64,000 bases of DNA from a candidate division WWE3 bacterium (GTDB taxonomy: Bacteria; Patescibacteriota; WWE3; UBA101185; UBA10185), in the NCBI GenBank assembly GCA_003599255.1, contig QZJF01000021.1:2287-66286 (forward strand). The letters are read 5' to 3'. Numbering within the stretch: the first letter of the stretch is position 1; the number at the start of each line of letters is the position of its first letter. Below the pieces are notes generated by a model. The model did not search any database, had not been told where the DNA came from, and saw only the letters and a program-made list of their open reading frames with translations. The position numbers and the translations under genes are program-made. Below are positions 9,632 through 18,854 of this stretch, piece by piece.

Positions 9632-11059
9632 TTATTCCGACACTAATTCATCAAAGGCATTCTTAAGTTTTTCGCGTTTATTTTCGTCTGCAATTATCGA
9701 TTCTATGTTTTTACTTAATTCAGCCTCAATCACAGGCAACTCAACATCTGCTAAATCAATTGTTTCCTGTGCCAATCTAGTAAGAAACTTGCCATACCTA
9801 GTGCTCTCCGGACGGTCGCTTGTATAGTATTCCATAAACAAATTTACTGTTTTTTTAATAGAATTAATTTTCGACACGAAGTCTTCCTCTGATTCACCAG
9901 GATTAAACTCAAGTGCCCTAAACTCGAGCCTGAAGGATTCTTCATTGTGTCCTTTGATATTTATGGGGACAGCATAGGCCCCCTGTAAAAGCCTTGCCTC
10001 TGATGAATATCTACCTCCCACAGCATATCCTAATACAGGAAGTGTATTTTCAAGCCTGGGATTCTCTTCGCTATTTTCGGCATCAAAACCAAGAGACTTT
10101 AATTCTGTTTCGCTTAAGGATACATTGACATGCATTGTATATCTCAGCATTGCTTCCTTAGGAGTGAACCCCATCTGTGTAAGTTGTTCGAGTATTTTGA
10201 ATTGTAGTAGGGGACTCTTAGACGGAGGAATGGCCGCCTCCCCCTGCTTGTCTGTTTCTATCGGAATCTCAAGACTCTCGAGAAGTTCCAAGTGTTCAGG
10301 AAAGAACACGTATTTCGCTGGCGAAACTCTTTTAGCGTTGAAGTGTCCTGTGTACGGAATTTCTACTTCACATCCTACGGACCTTTCTCCTTTATGTATC
10401 ACTTTTTCATTTTCGTATAATTGAGATGCTTCAAGAGTGACCTCTTTAATAATACTATCTGTCACCTCCCCGGTTCTTGACGCCATGGTTCTGTTCCATA
10501 AAGTGCTTAGGTAAAACGCTTGGATAGCCGGTAAGTCAAAATTTGATACGGTTTCATACAATTCCGGATCTTTCTCCATTTGAGACATCCATTGATTACC
10601 AAATTTTTCGACCTTCTCCGCGAGAAAAGTAGCTCTTTTTTCCATAGAGGATCTTCTGAGATTGTATTCATTGATTAAACCATTTATAAAAGGACTCGAT
10701 GAGGGTTTGTAATCTTTAGAGGTGCCTATATTGGATAAGTGCAGATTGTGCTCTTTGCCGGGGTATAAATATATGCTAACATTCGGAATGGTTGTTTTTC
10801 TCTCATTGTAAACTCTCAGAGGTTCTGATTCTACTCCTACGTCCAAATATTTATCACTTAACAAAAGTTTAATTTGATCCTCGGATAAATGATTTTCCAG
10901 GGTGGTATCCCCAATTGCTAGGGACTCGTCTCTCATACCTTTGTAATACAGGGAAGAGCTTGTTACGGTAGTTAAGAAATCTTCAACAGCAACTTCATCT
11001 TTGGATTTTTCTTGCTCTACCAACTCAGTAAGCTGTTCTTGAGAGACTTCATTTAACAT
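9632..11059 (-). CDS. Hypothetical protein with putative C-terminal amidoligase (COOH-NH2 ligase) domain
   Basis: GCEVEIP...GEAAIPP...MHVNVS...RLEFR motif order. Confidence 0.6.
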   Translation of the reverse strand: MLNEVSQEQLTELVEQEKSKDEVAVEDFLTTVTSSSLYYKGMRDESLAIGDTTLENHLSEDQIKLLLSDKYLDVGVESEPLRVYNERKTTIPNVSIYLYPGKEHNLHLSNIGTSKDYKPSSSPFINGLINEYNLRRSSMEKRATFLAEKVEKFGNQWMSQMEKDPELYETVSNFDLPAIQAFYLSTLWNRTMASRTGEVTDSIIKEVTLEASQLYENEKVIHKGERSVGCEVEIPYTGHFNAKRVSPAKYVFFPEHLELLESLEIPIETDKQGEAAIPPSKSPLLQFKILEQLTQMGFTPKEAMLRYTMHVNVSLSETELKSLGFDAENSEENPRLENTLPVLGYAVGGRYSSEARLLQGAYAVPINIKGHNEESFRLEFRALEFNPGESEEDFVSKINSIKKTVNLFMEYYTSDRPESTRYGKFLTRLAQETIDLADVELPVIEAELSKNIESIIADENKREKLKNAFDELVSE

Positions 11060-11068
11060 AGTTAAATT

Positions 11069-12895
11069 CTACCAGCTACCGCCGCCTCCCCCTCCTCCGC
11101 CGCCTCCGGAAGATCCTCCCGAAGAACCACTGGAGCTTGTGGATGAGTACGACCTAACACTGCTGTTTAATGAACTTGAAAATGATGAGAAAGCCATGGA
11201 GTTATAAGTAGAACCCTCGTACCAATCGCTTTTTGTGAAGTTTATGTCCTTAAACTTTTCAGCCCAAATTTTTTCTACTCCAAAGGCGGTCGCATAAGGA
11301 AGGAGTTTCTCGAAAAACATCTGATTTTGGGCCTGAAAATCAAGTTGTTCACTTTGTGATTTGAGGAAATTTAATAGTGATTTTGCCTCGGAATATTTTT
11401 CAATTCCCAGATCAGTCCTAGGAGCGGATTTTCTTCCGAAAGCAAACGAAATAGCAGACATAATCGGATTAAGAAGGGTCAAAGATACAACACCAATTAC
11501 CGAAAAAAGTGAGTTTATAGTTTCAGGATTTCTCCTGAACAATCCTTTGGCCATCATATGTTCTCCTAGCTGCGTGTTGAAAAGTTGTACAACATTTGGG
11601 AAATTTGTAGAATTTTTAAGTGTTTTAATGTTTACTACATTAATGTCAGTAACTGCTCCGAACATTTGGGCTATTTCTTCCTGTTCCTTTTCATCAATCT
11701 TTCCATCAGACATCATGCCCTTAATTTTTCCCAGCTTAGAAGTGAATTTACCTAAATCCAGTTTCATTGCTTTGACATCACTAAAAAGACCCTTAAGTAA
11801 TGATTTTTCATAATTTTTTAGTGAAGGGTCGTTGAAATCTTTCAATTTTATAAAATCAAAATCGTTTTTGTTATGCACGACTATCTTTAAAAAACCCTTT
11901 TGTGCAAGTTGAATTATTGTTGCAGTTATTAAAGAACTCCCAGTAGATTTATTTAACAGAATACCGCTTTCTGCTGGAGTATATTCCGTTTTATCAGGAT
12001 TTTTAGGCGGACTAAACCACGCGGATAAAATCTTTTCTTTTGACTTTGTATTTTTCCAATCTTTAAACCAATACCAAAGCGTTATCAAAGGTGCCAGTAA
12101 TCCCCATGTTATTACCACAATGCTAACGATTAATAATCTGAAAGTCTGATAAATAGAATAAAGTTTGTCTAATCGCGGGGCTAGATATGAAGCAAATCCT
12201 TTTGGAAAGTTAACTACAATAGTCAGCCCTTCACCGAAATTAAGGGGATATTCTGTAAAAAACAAATAGCCGATACGCCCCTCGGAGGTAATACTTATAT
12301 TACAAAAACTTTGCGTACTCCCTGTACGGCCTGTATAGCAGGAGGCCTTTGTGTTAGGTCGCAGAGTGTCCGGTATATTTGCCGGTAAAAAAACACGGGC
12401 GGTTGCCTTGTTTATTGGCACATCCCATTCATTACCCGTTATATTCCAGTATAATTCGTCGAAATCATCAAAATATGTTAAAGCGCCTGCCACTTTATAC
12501 TTAATTACGTATTCGTGTGCACCTGAAATTAACTTATCAGGATCTCCTATTTTTATTTTTAATAAATCGGACGTTTTTGAGGTCTCAAACGTAATTTTCC
12601 TGTTGAATTCATCGGTTACAGATACATCTGTAAAATCAAGTATCAGCCGTTCGTTTTTGTCATTTGTTTTTAAGTAAGGAATAGTTCTGAAAATACCGTG
12701 TCTTGAGTCAGTTCCAAAATCGTATTTGATTGATTCTGTAACGAGTATATGACCTGTTTCCAAAATATTTATTTCTACGTCAAACGATTCTATGTGTTCA
12801 TAACCACTGTTTTGTGCTTTTAATTGGGTCGAAGAGGCCAGTGTAATTAGTATGGAAACTGTTAATAGTCGTATTATCTTGGGTAGTTTAGTCAT
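11069..12895 (-). CDS. DUF2207-type membrane protein
   Basis: HGIFRTIP, ELYWNITGNEW, LLPYATAFGV and C-terminal SGGGGGGGGGGSW; start moved to ATG 12895, downstream of tRNA-Leu. Confidence 0.9.
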   Translation of the reverse strand: MTKLPKIIRLLTVSILITLASSTQLKAQNSGYEHIESFDVEINILETGHILVTESIKYDFGTDSRHGIFRTIPYLKTNDKNERLILDFTDVSVTDEFNRKITFETSKTSDLLKIKIGDPDKLISGAHEYVIKYKVAGALTYFDDFDELYWNITGNEWDVPINKATARVFLPANIPDTLRPNTKASCYTGRTGSTQSFCNISITSEGRIGYLFFTEYPLNFGEGLTIVVNFPKGFASYLAPRLDKLYSIYQTFRLLIVSIVVITWGLLAPLITLWYWFKDWKNTKSKEKILSAWFSPPKNPDKTEYTPAESGILLNKSTGSSLITATIIQLAQKGFLKIVVHNKNDFDFIKLKDFNDPSLKNYEKSLLKGLFSDVKAMKLDLGKFTSKLGKIKGMMSDGKIDEKEQEEIAQMFGAVTDINVVNIKTLKNSTNFPNVVQLFNTQLGEHMMAKGLFRRNPETINSLFSVIGVVSLTLLNPIMSAISFAFGRKSAPRTDLGIEKYSEAKSLLNFLKSQSEQLDFQAQNQMFFEKLLPYATAFGVEKIWAEKFKDINFTKSDWYEGSTYNSMAFSSFSSSLNSSVRSYSSTSSSGSSGGSSGGGGGGGGGGSW

Positions 12896-12901
12896 TTCTT
12901 C

Positions 12902-12989
12902 TGGTGGGCGGGACAGGACTTGAACCTGCAAGGGATTTAACTCCCACAACGACCTCAACGTTGCGCGTCTGCCATTTCGCCACCCGCCC
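12902..12989 (-). tRNA. tRNA-Leu(GAG)
   Basis: Anticodon arm CAACG-TTGAGGT-CGTTG, long variable arm, CCA end. Confidence 0.95.
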
Positions 12990-13028
12990 GGGCGTAAATA
13001 TTATAACAGAAGCCATAAAAAACAATAA

Positions 13029-13061
13029 GCCTGAATTACTGTTAAATAAGTAATCCAGGCT
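13029..13061 (-). terminator. Intrinsic terminator
   Basis: AGCCTGGATTACT/AGTAATTCAGGCT stem followed by TATTGTTTTTT on minus strand. Confidence 0.7.
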
Positions 13062-13086
13062 AGGGTTTGGGACACTCAAAGAGTGT

Positions 13087-13245
13087 TCACTTTTCTCCCA
13101 CTCGCCTCCGGCTTGCATGAATATTTGCAAACATATGCCGGAAATTTCTGGCTACGACACCAATCAGTGAATTCTGCTTCTTGACTGATTTTTTAAAACC
13201 GTTGCGCGAGCCTTTATGCCCTTTCCGATTCTTAGAAGCCAACAT
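13087..13245 (-). CDS. Unannotated 52-aa basic microprotein (MLASKNRKGHKGSRNGFKKSVKKQNSLIGVVARNFRHMFANIHASRRRVGEK)
   Basis: Hand translation; SD GAAAGGAG directly before ATG; terminator directly after. Confidence 0.65.
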   Translation of the reverse strand: MLASKNRKGHKGSRNGFKKSVKKQNSLIGVVARNFRHMFANIHASRRRVGEK

Positions 13246-13312
13246 ATTCTCCTTTCAGGATTGTTGAGATGACTTATTATTTATTAAGGGATAAAAAAGT
13301 TCAATATTTATT

Positions 13313-13398
13313 TGGTGCCAGAGGAGGGATTTGAACCCTCACACCCTTGCGGATACAGCCTCCTGAAGACTGCGTGTCTACCGTTCCACCACTCTGGC
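13313..13398 (-). tRNA. tRNA-Leu(CAG)
   Basis: Anticodon arm CAGTC-TTCAGGA-GGCTG, long variable arm, CCA end. Confidence 0.95.
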
Positions 13399-13468
13399 AT
13401 TCAAGGTGTATTTTACTTATTATTAGTGATTATAGCAATTCATTTAGTCTGATATACTTATTGATAAC

Positions 13469-14086
13469 ATGAACATAATAAGCAGAGTATTTCCATATCA
13501 TCACTTTAGAATAAGTAACAAAGCCATTAAAATCCTTACCCTGTCAGACACTTTATTTTTTTCCGGAATGGCGTTGGTCGAGATAATTTTTGGTGTATTT
13601 ATAGTTCAAAATATTCCAGGTGCAACGGTAGTGGAACTGGGAATAGGACATTCCATTTTTTTGGTTGGAATTGTACTAACTGAACCATTATTTTCAAAAT
13701 TTTATGATTCTGCAAAGAATTTAGAATCGTCATATTACGGTTTTGTAATAGGCAATCTACTCAAATCCGTAATGCGTCTTCTTTTTATAGTCATTGATAG
13801 TGTTCCAATGTTTTACATCGTATATTTCATAATGGGAATAATTCACTCCATTGAGTATCCGTCGTTTGCAAAACTCTTCACAAAACACCTGGATAGCGGC
13901 AGAGAATCGTCCGAATGGGGTTATAAAGACTCTCTAATGTCAACAGGAAAGGTATTAACAACATTTCTCAGCGGATACATTGTGGTGAGTTTGGGTTACC
14001 AGTTTCTTTTTCTACTTTCTTCATTAATAATGCTCATTTTTGGAGTTCTCACTCCCCTATACTACAAAAAAGAAATCCTTGGATAA
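13469..14086 (+). CDS. Half-size MFS-like transporter (about 6 TM)
   Basis: Six hydrophobic segments, MFS-like spacing (P.FAKLFTKHLDSGRESSEWG). Confidence 0.7.
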   Translation: MNIISRVFPYHHFRISNKAIKILTLSDTLFFSGMALVEIIFGVFIVQNIPGATVVELGIGHSIFLVGIVLTEPLFSKFYDSAKNLESSYYGFVIGNLLKSVMRLLFIVIDSVPMFYIVYFIMGIIHSIEYPSFAKLFTKHLDSGRESSEWGYKDSLMSTGKVLTTFLSGYIVVSLGYQFLFLLSSLIMLIFGVLTPLYYKKEILG

Positions 14087-14117
14087 AAATTGGACACTGC
14101 ATGAACAGTTCCCAAAA

Positions 14118-14195
14118 AGGCTGCGACGACAGGATTTGAACCTGCAATCACTTGTTTTAAAGACAAGCGCTCTATCCGGGTTGATCTACGTCGCC
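14118..14195 (-). tRNA. tRNA-like gene with anticodon TTA (candidate ochre suppressor or pseudo-tRNA)
   Basis: Cloverleaf GGCGACG TA GATC AACCCGGATA GAGC G CTTGT CTTTAAA ACAAG TGATT GCAGG TTCAAAT CCTGT CGTCGCA G CCT; mismatches G1.A72 and A11.G24, 3' CCT. Confidence 0.7.
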
Positions 14196-14277
14196 GTTTT
14201 TAGATCTTTTTTTTCTGTACTCTCAGATTTAGCAAAGGCATATTATATTGAGGATAGTGAAAAATCAAGTAAAGGTA

Positions 14278-14352
14278 TGGTGAGGGCGCCGGGACTCGAA
14301 CCCGGGACCAAGGGATTAAGAGTCCCCTGCTCTGCCGCTGAGCTACGCCCCC
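14278..14352 (-). tRNA. tRNA-Lys(CTT)
   Basis: Anticodon arm GGGGA-CTCTTAA-TCCCT, CCA end. Confidence 0.97.
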
Positions 14353-14408
14353 ATACGTGTTTGTATTATAATTAAAAAAGCACGATAAGTCATTGAAAGC
14401 CGAAAAAT

Positions 14409-15320
14409 ATGTTACCACAAGGTGAAATACCTGTATACGAACAAGAAAAAAACACTGAACTTAAGGATTCTTTAATTAAATCTTTGCAGGAGTCCGGAAC
14501 ACCAGAAGATCGTGTTGGAAGAATAATGGGCGTTGTCGAAACTCTTCTTGAGAACGACTTTCTCATAGATAAAATTTCCGAGGAAATTGTTGATGAACAA
14601 GAAGTTTGGAAGCACCGTTTAAGCCGGGACGATGTAACCAGACGTATTAGAGGATCTTTATTTGAAGAGTACGCACTGGCGTGTCGTCCCGAAGAGAAAA
14701 AACAATATGAAAATCTGGAGAGATTTTTGCTTTGGTCATTGAGAGATCCGCACATGTGGTTTATGGATTGGCATGACACAAGATTATTATCCGAAGAGGA
14801 AAAAACACAGCTAGAAGCTTACTTAGCTGCATATCCGACGAGTGAAGAATTGGAAACTTTATATCGTAATAATGATGCAATTTCTGTGAATATAAAAAAA
14901 GACGAGACTACAGGTAAAGAGGTTGCTGTAATTACCGGGGTGATTGAAGCTAAGAACCACAGAGTCTTCGGAAAAACACAGGATGCAAGACAAATGAGAA
15001 GCTCTCCGCAAATACTTCATGATACAGTCAAAAGGTATAAGGAGGCCTTCCCTTTAATAGTCAAAGGATTAGATTTGCAGGGAGAAATCCATATGCCTGA
15101 TGAAATTGACATTTTACCCATTGGACAGCTTGAATACACTATTGTGCAACCAGATGACGTAGAAGAAGACTACAGACGAAAACCGGTAAGCGCACAGTTT
15201 AGTGGTTGCAATTTTGAATATGTTCCTATATCAAGAAATGAAGTGGCTGTTTTGGCAGAAGTTCTTAAACAACATGTTTTGGACAGGCTTCCCGAAAAAA
15301 ATAAAAGACTTGTTATGTAA
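14409..15320 (+). CDS. Hypothetical protein, possible PD-(D/E)XK nuclease fold
   Basis: 303-aa ORF; GSLFEE...NDAI...VIEAK. Confidence 0.7.
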   Translation: MLPQGEIPVYEQEKNTELKDSLIKSLQESGTPEDRVGRIMGVVETLLENDFLIDKISEEIVDEQEVWKHRLSRDDVTRRIRGSLFEEYALACRPEEKKQYENLERFLLWSLRDPHMWFMDWHDTRLLSEEEKTQLEAYLAAYPTSEELETLYRNNDAISVNIKKDETTGKEVAVITGVIEAKNHRVFGKTQDARQMRSSPQILHDTVKRYKEAFPLIVKGLDLQGEIHMPDEIDILPIGQLEYTIVQPDDVEEDYRRKPVSAQFSGCNFEYVPISRNEVAVLAEVLKQHVLDRLPEKNKRLVM

Positions 15321-15333
15321 CTTAACAAAAACA

Positions 15334-15392
15334 AAAAACCACCGGGAAGGACAGATGTAAAAAACACATCTTTTCGCATCACGGTGGTTTTT
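15334..15392. terminator. Bidirectional long hairpin terminator
   Basis: AAAAACCACCG...AGATGT..ACATCT...CGGTGGTTTTT between convergent genes. Confidence 0.7.
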
Positions 15393-15423
15393 CCTATGTT
15401 GAAACAGTCAGGTGGCGAATCCG

Positions 15424-15786
15424 CTAGGAGTGGTTGGTGAACTCCAGGGCCTTGCGGATGTTATCAGCCGAGACGGCGTGCACTTGGGCGGTCGCCTTGG
15501 TGTCGTTGATCACTTTCTGGGCCTCGGCCAACTGGGTCTTCGCTGCGCGCAAAACCTTTTCGTATTCCTCAGTAGCCTTCAAAGCCTCTTCCTCAGCCTC
15601 CTGACGGAGTTTGTCTGCCTCGTTTTGTTCCTGCTCCAGGCGAACCCGGGCATTGTGAACGAGGGAGTCCATGGTGTGGCCGTTGGCAGCCAGAATTGTT
15701 TCTAGCGCATCCACGGGGATAACGGAATTCCCGGTAATGCGGACGGCCAGGCCGGTAAACATGCTTGTTTTTGCCTGAGTCTCCAT
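15424..15786 (-). CDS. Coiled-coil hypothetical protein (120 aa)
   Basis: SD AAAAGGAG, own promoter, A/E/Q-rich helix, visibly GC-richer than flanks. Confidence 0.8.
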   Translation of the reverse strand: METQAKTSMFTGLAVRITGNSVIPVDALETILAANGHTMDSLVHNARVRLEQEQNEADKLRQEAEEEALKATEEYEKVLRAAKTQLAEAQKVINDTKATAQVHAVSADNIRKALEFTNHS

Positions 15787-15842
15787 TCTGAAATACTCCT
15801 TTTTCTGAACTGTTGATTATTATAGGACGGTTTGATGCAACT

Positions 15843-15872
15843 ATTTTACACTATAGGCCGTTGTATTGTCAA
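15843..15872 (-). promoter_or_regulatory. Promoter with CCTATAG in spacer
   Basis: TTGACA-18 nt-TAAAAT with TG extension; CTATAG at 15851-15856. Confidence 0.7.
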
Positions 15873-15898
15873 GTCCTATGGGTTGGGTTATAAAAAAT

Positions 15899-15975
15899 TG
15901 GCGCCCCCAAGAGGATTCGAACCCCTAACCTCTCGGTCCGAAGCCGAGCGCTCTGATCCGTTGAGCTATGGAGGC
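15899..15975 (-). tRNA. tRNA-Arg(TCG)
   Basis: Anticodon arm CTCGG-CTTCGGA-CCGAG, CCA end. Confidence 0.95.
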
Positions 15976-16050
15976 GTACGGTGTCATTATATTACAAAAG
16001 ATCTGAATTCACACAATTATTAGTGCAAAAACAATGTTAAAATCTATTAT

Positions 16051-16491
16051 ATGAACTCTAATCGATTAAGAATACTAACTTTTCTTTATATCGTGTCTCT
16101 AATATTCGGTTTCTTTTACGTCAGAAGCGCCCTTTCAGAAGGATCTATAGATGTAGAACAGGCAAGGGAAAAGGAAGTAGCAAAAGAAGTAAAGCCCGTA
16201 AAGGTCACCTTAATTGTTCAGGGTATTGGGGAACAAATATCATACACAAAAAGACTTAAAAATACCGACGCCCTCCTTGCTTTTCTCGAGACTGTGAGGA
16301 AAGAGGACGGTTTATTTTATGAAATTATTAGTTATACAGATGACACGGAAATTACAGATATAGGTAAGACTAGTACCCCAGAAGGTTATCAATGGCGGGT
16401 ATATATGGACGACATAGATGTCACAAATGAATTAGAGGATATCAATCTTGAAGACGATAGAATCTACTATCTGAAGTTAATAGAAAAATAG
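16051..16491 (+). CDS. Membrane-anchored protein, DUF4430-like domain
   Basis: N-terminal TM; ITDIG...YQWRVYMD...INLEDD pattern. Confidence 0.6.
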   Translation: MNSNRLRILTFLYIVSLIFGFFYVRSALSEGSIDVEQAREKEVAKEVKPVKVTLIVQGIGEQISYTKRLKNTDALLAFLETVRKEDGLFYEIISYTDDTEITDIGKTSTPEGYQWRVYMDDIDVTNELEDINLEDDRIYYLKLIEK

Positions 16492-17673
16492 CTACTCATA
16501 TCGTAGTGCTTCGATAGGATCTTTTTTACTTGCTTTTATAGCTGGATACGTCCCAAAAATTACCCCTACAACAATTGAAAATAACAGAGACACAATCACT
16601 GACCACCATGGAACCTCGGCGTCAATAAATCTTTTTGATATAAAAGTTCCTAAAAAACCTAACGAAATACCAATCAAACCACCTCCCAAGCTTAATGTTA
16701 TAGCCTCAATCATAAACTGAAGACCAATGTTAGTTGGAGTTGCCCCAAGCGCTTTTCTTAAACCAATTTCTGATATTCTCTCGGTCACCGAAACAAGCAT
16801 AATGTTCATAATACCTATTCCTCCTACCAGTAATGAAATAGCCGCAACCGCTGCCAATCCGACAGACAAAATACCTAAAATCGAATCAATAGAGCTGAGA
16901 AGGTCCTTTTGAGAGAGAATTGTGAAGTCGTCTTTTTTTAACTCCTGAAGCATCGCAAGTTCTACTTTTTTTGTCCCCACATCTACATCCACATCGTCCC
17001 TTATTTTTACTGCCAGGTAGGCAATCTGGTCAAGATTGAGCACTTTTTTGGCGGTAGATAAAGGAATAACAATCAGTTCATCATAATCTGCACCCTTGGG
17101 TTCAACCACACCAATAACCCTAAATGAATGTCCGTCAATTTTTATCGACTCATCAATGGGATTTCTATTGACGAAGAGTTTCTTAAATACATCATGGCCT
17201 ATTACGGCAACTTTTTGTCCTGCTTTTTCCTCCGCCGCAGTAAAGTAGCGACCTTTGCTCAAACCAATATTGAATAAGTTACTAAATTCCTGGTTTGCCG
17301 CATTAATTGCCCCATAGTACTCTTTTGTTTTGTATGAAACCGTCATTCCGGCTGCTATGTATGGAGTTGACCCCTCTATATACTCGCCTGCGTACTGTTC
17401 AATCAAATCTATCTGGGATTCGTTTAATTTGTTATCGGTAAAAGCCTGTGCAGGGTCCTGATTTATCCCGCTTCTTCCTGCGGTTATAAACACTAAATTG
17501 CTCCCCAGCTCATCAAACTGATTTGTTATATAGTTTTGAACTCCTGTAACTAGTGCTACCAGGAGAATTACTGAAAATACACCAATTATTACTCCCAGCA
17601 TCGTAAGGAATGTTCTTACTTTATTTGATAATAAGGCTTTTTGTGCTGTATAAAATGTTTCAAGTAATTCCAT
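16492..17673 (-). CDS. MacB/FtsX-family ABC permease
   Basis: GGIGIMNIMLVSVTERISEIGLRKALGA. Confidence 0.95.
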   Translation of the reverse strand: MELLETFYTAQKALLSNKVRTFLTMLGVIIGVFSVILLVALVTGVQNYITNQFDELGSNLVFITAGRSGINQDPAQAFTDNKLNESQIDLIEQYAGEYIEGSTPYIAAGMTVSYKTKEYYGAINAANQEFSNLFNIGLSKGRYFTAAEEKAGQKVAVIGHDVFKKLFVNRNPIDESIKIDGHSFRVIGVVEPKGADYDELIVIPLSTAKKVLNLDQIAYLAVKIRDDVDVDVGTKKVELAMLQELKKDDFTILSQKDLLSSIDSILGILSVGLAAVAAISLLVGGIGIMNIMLVSVTERISEIGLRKALGATPTNIGLQFMIEAITLSLGGGLIGISLGFLGTFISKRFIDAEVPWWSVIVSLLFSIVVGVIFGTYPAIKASKKDPIEALRYE

Positions 17674-18854
17674 TATTCGTATCTCAACGCCTCAATCGGC
17701 TCCTTTTTACTTGCCTGAATTGCAGGATAGGTTCCAAAAATCACGCCAGTTAAAACCGAAAATAAAAATGATAATAAAACTGCCCATAACGGAACTTCTG
17801 CTCGGACAAACGATTGGGCAGCGAACGCAGCAGCAAAACCAAGAAATATGCCTATAGAACCCCCAACAATACTTATCATTATTGATTCGAGCAAAAACTG
17901 AATCCCAATCGTCATAGATGTTGCACCAAGTGCTTTTCTGAGGCCAATTTCTCTGATCCTTTCGGTCACCGATACCAGCATAATATTCATAATCCCTATT
18001 CCTCCTACTATTAAAGAAATTGCCGCCACGCTACCTATACCAACAGACAATATACTTAAAATGCTTTGAATAGAACTCAATATGTCTTTCTGAGATAAAA
18101 CTGTAAATTCATCGTCTTTAAGGTCTTGCAGTAACGCAATTTCTATTTCTGTCATAGCTTTGTCAATGCTATCTGAATCTTTAGCCTTAATAGTTATTCC
18201 TGAAATATTTTTGGTATTGAAAACTTTCTGAAGTGTTGTGTAAGGGGCGATAACTCTTTCATCGGCATTAAAACCTTTAGAGGTCAACACACCAATAACT
18301 TCCATATATGTATCCCCTACTTTCACCTTTTCTCCTATGGGATTGCGATTACCAAAAAGCTCGTTTTTTACGTCGGGTCCTAGAACTAATACTTTGGCAT
18401 CAGTGATTTCTTCCTCTTTGGTAAATGCTCGCCCATAATCTATTTCCAGGTCAGTTATACTAAGAAAATTACTGTTTGTTCCCACAAGAGAAGCCAAGTA
18501 TCTCTTAGTTTTATACTGAATGGTTTTGCCTAACCTCATGTTAGGGGTTGCACCTATAATGTATTGGGATGCGTCACGATTAATTCTATCCACATTCTCG
18601 GCAGTTAATTTATTATTGGCAAAAGCAAGTCCCGGATCCTGATCAAATCCCACGCGTCCGGGAGCAACCAAAATAAGATTTGAGCCCAATGCACTAAACT
18701 GATCTGTAACAAAATTCTGAACACCCCTGACTAAAGAAACCAGCGACAACACAGCAAAAACTCCGATAATTACGCCGAGCATGGTAAGAAAAGTACGTAC
18801 TTTATTGGCACGAAGAGAAAGAATTGAGCTTCTAAAAATTTCTAAAAAGTTCAT
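17673..18854 (-). CDS. MacB/FtsX-family ABC permease (tandem paralog)
   Basis: GGIGIMNIMLVSVTERIREIGLRKALGA; same length as neighbour. Confidence 0.95.
   Translation of the reverse strand: MNFLEIFRSSILSLRANKVRTFLTMLGVIIGVFAVLSLVSLVRGVQNFVTDQFSALGSNLILVAPGRVGFDQDPGLAFANNKLTAENVDRINRDASQYIIGATPNMRLGKTIQYKTKRYLASLVGTNSNFLSITDLEIDYGRAFTKEEEITDAKVLVLGPDVKNELFGNRNPIGEKVKVGDTYMEVIGVLTSKGFNADERVIAPYTTLQKVFNTKNISGITIKAKDSDSIDKAMTEIEIALLQDLKDDEFTVLSQKDILSSIQSILSILSVGIGSVAAISLIVGGIGIMNIMLVSVTERIREIGLRKALGATSMTIGIQFLLESIMISIVGGSIGIFLGFAAAFAAQSFVRAEVPLWAVLLSFLFSVLTGVIFGTYPAIQASKKEPIEALRYE

Noticed and set aside
9007-16023. ORFs overlapping tRNAs (9007-9195, 9501-9827, 12888-13130, 14040-14375, 14200-14418, 15832-16023)
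   Set aside because: They are translations of tRNA sequence and flanks.
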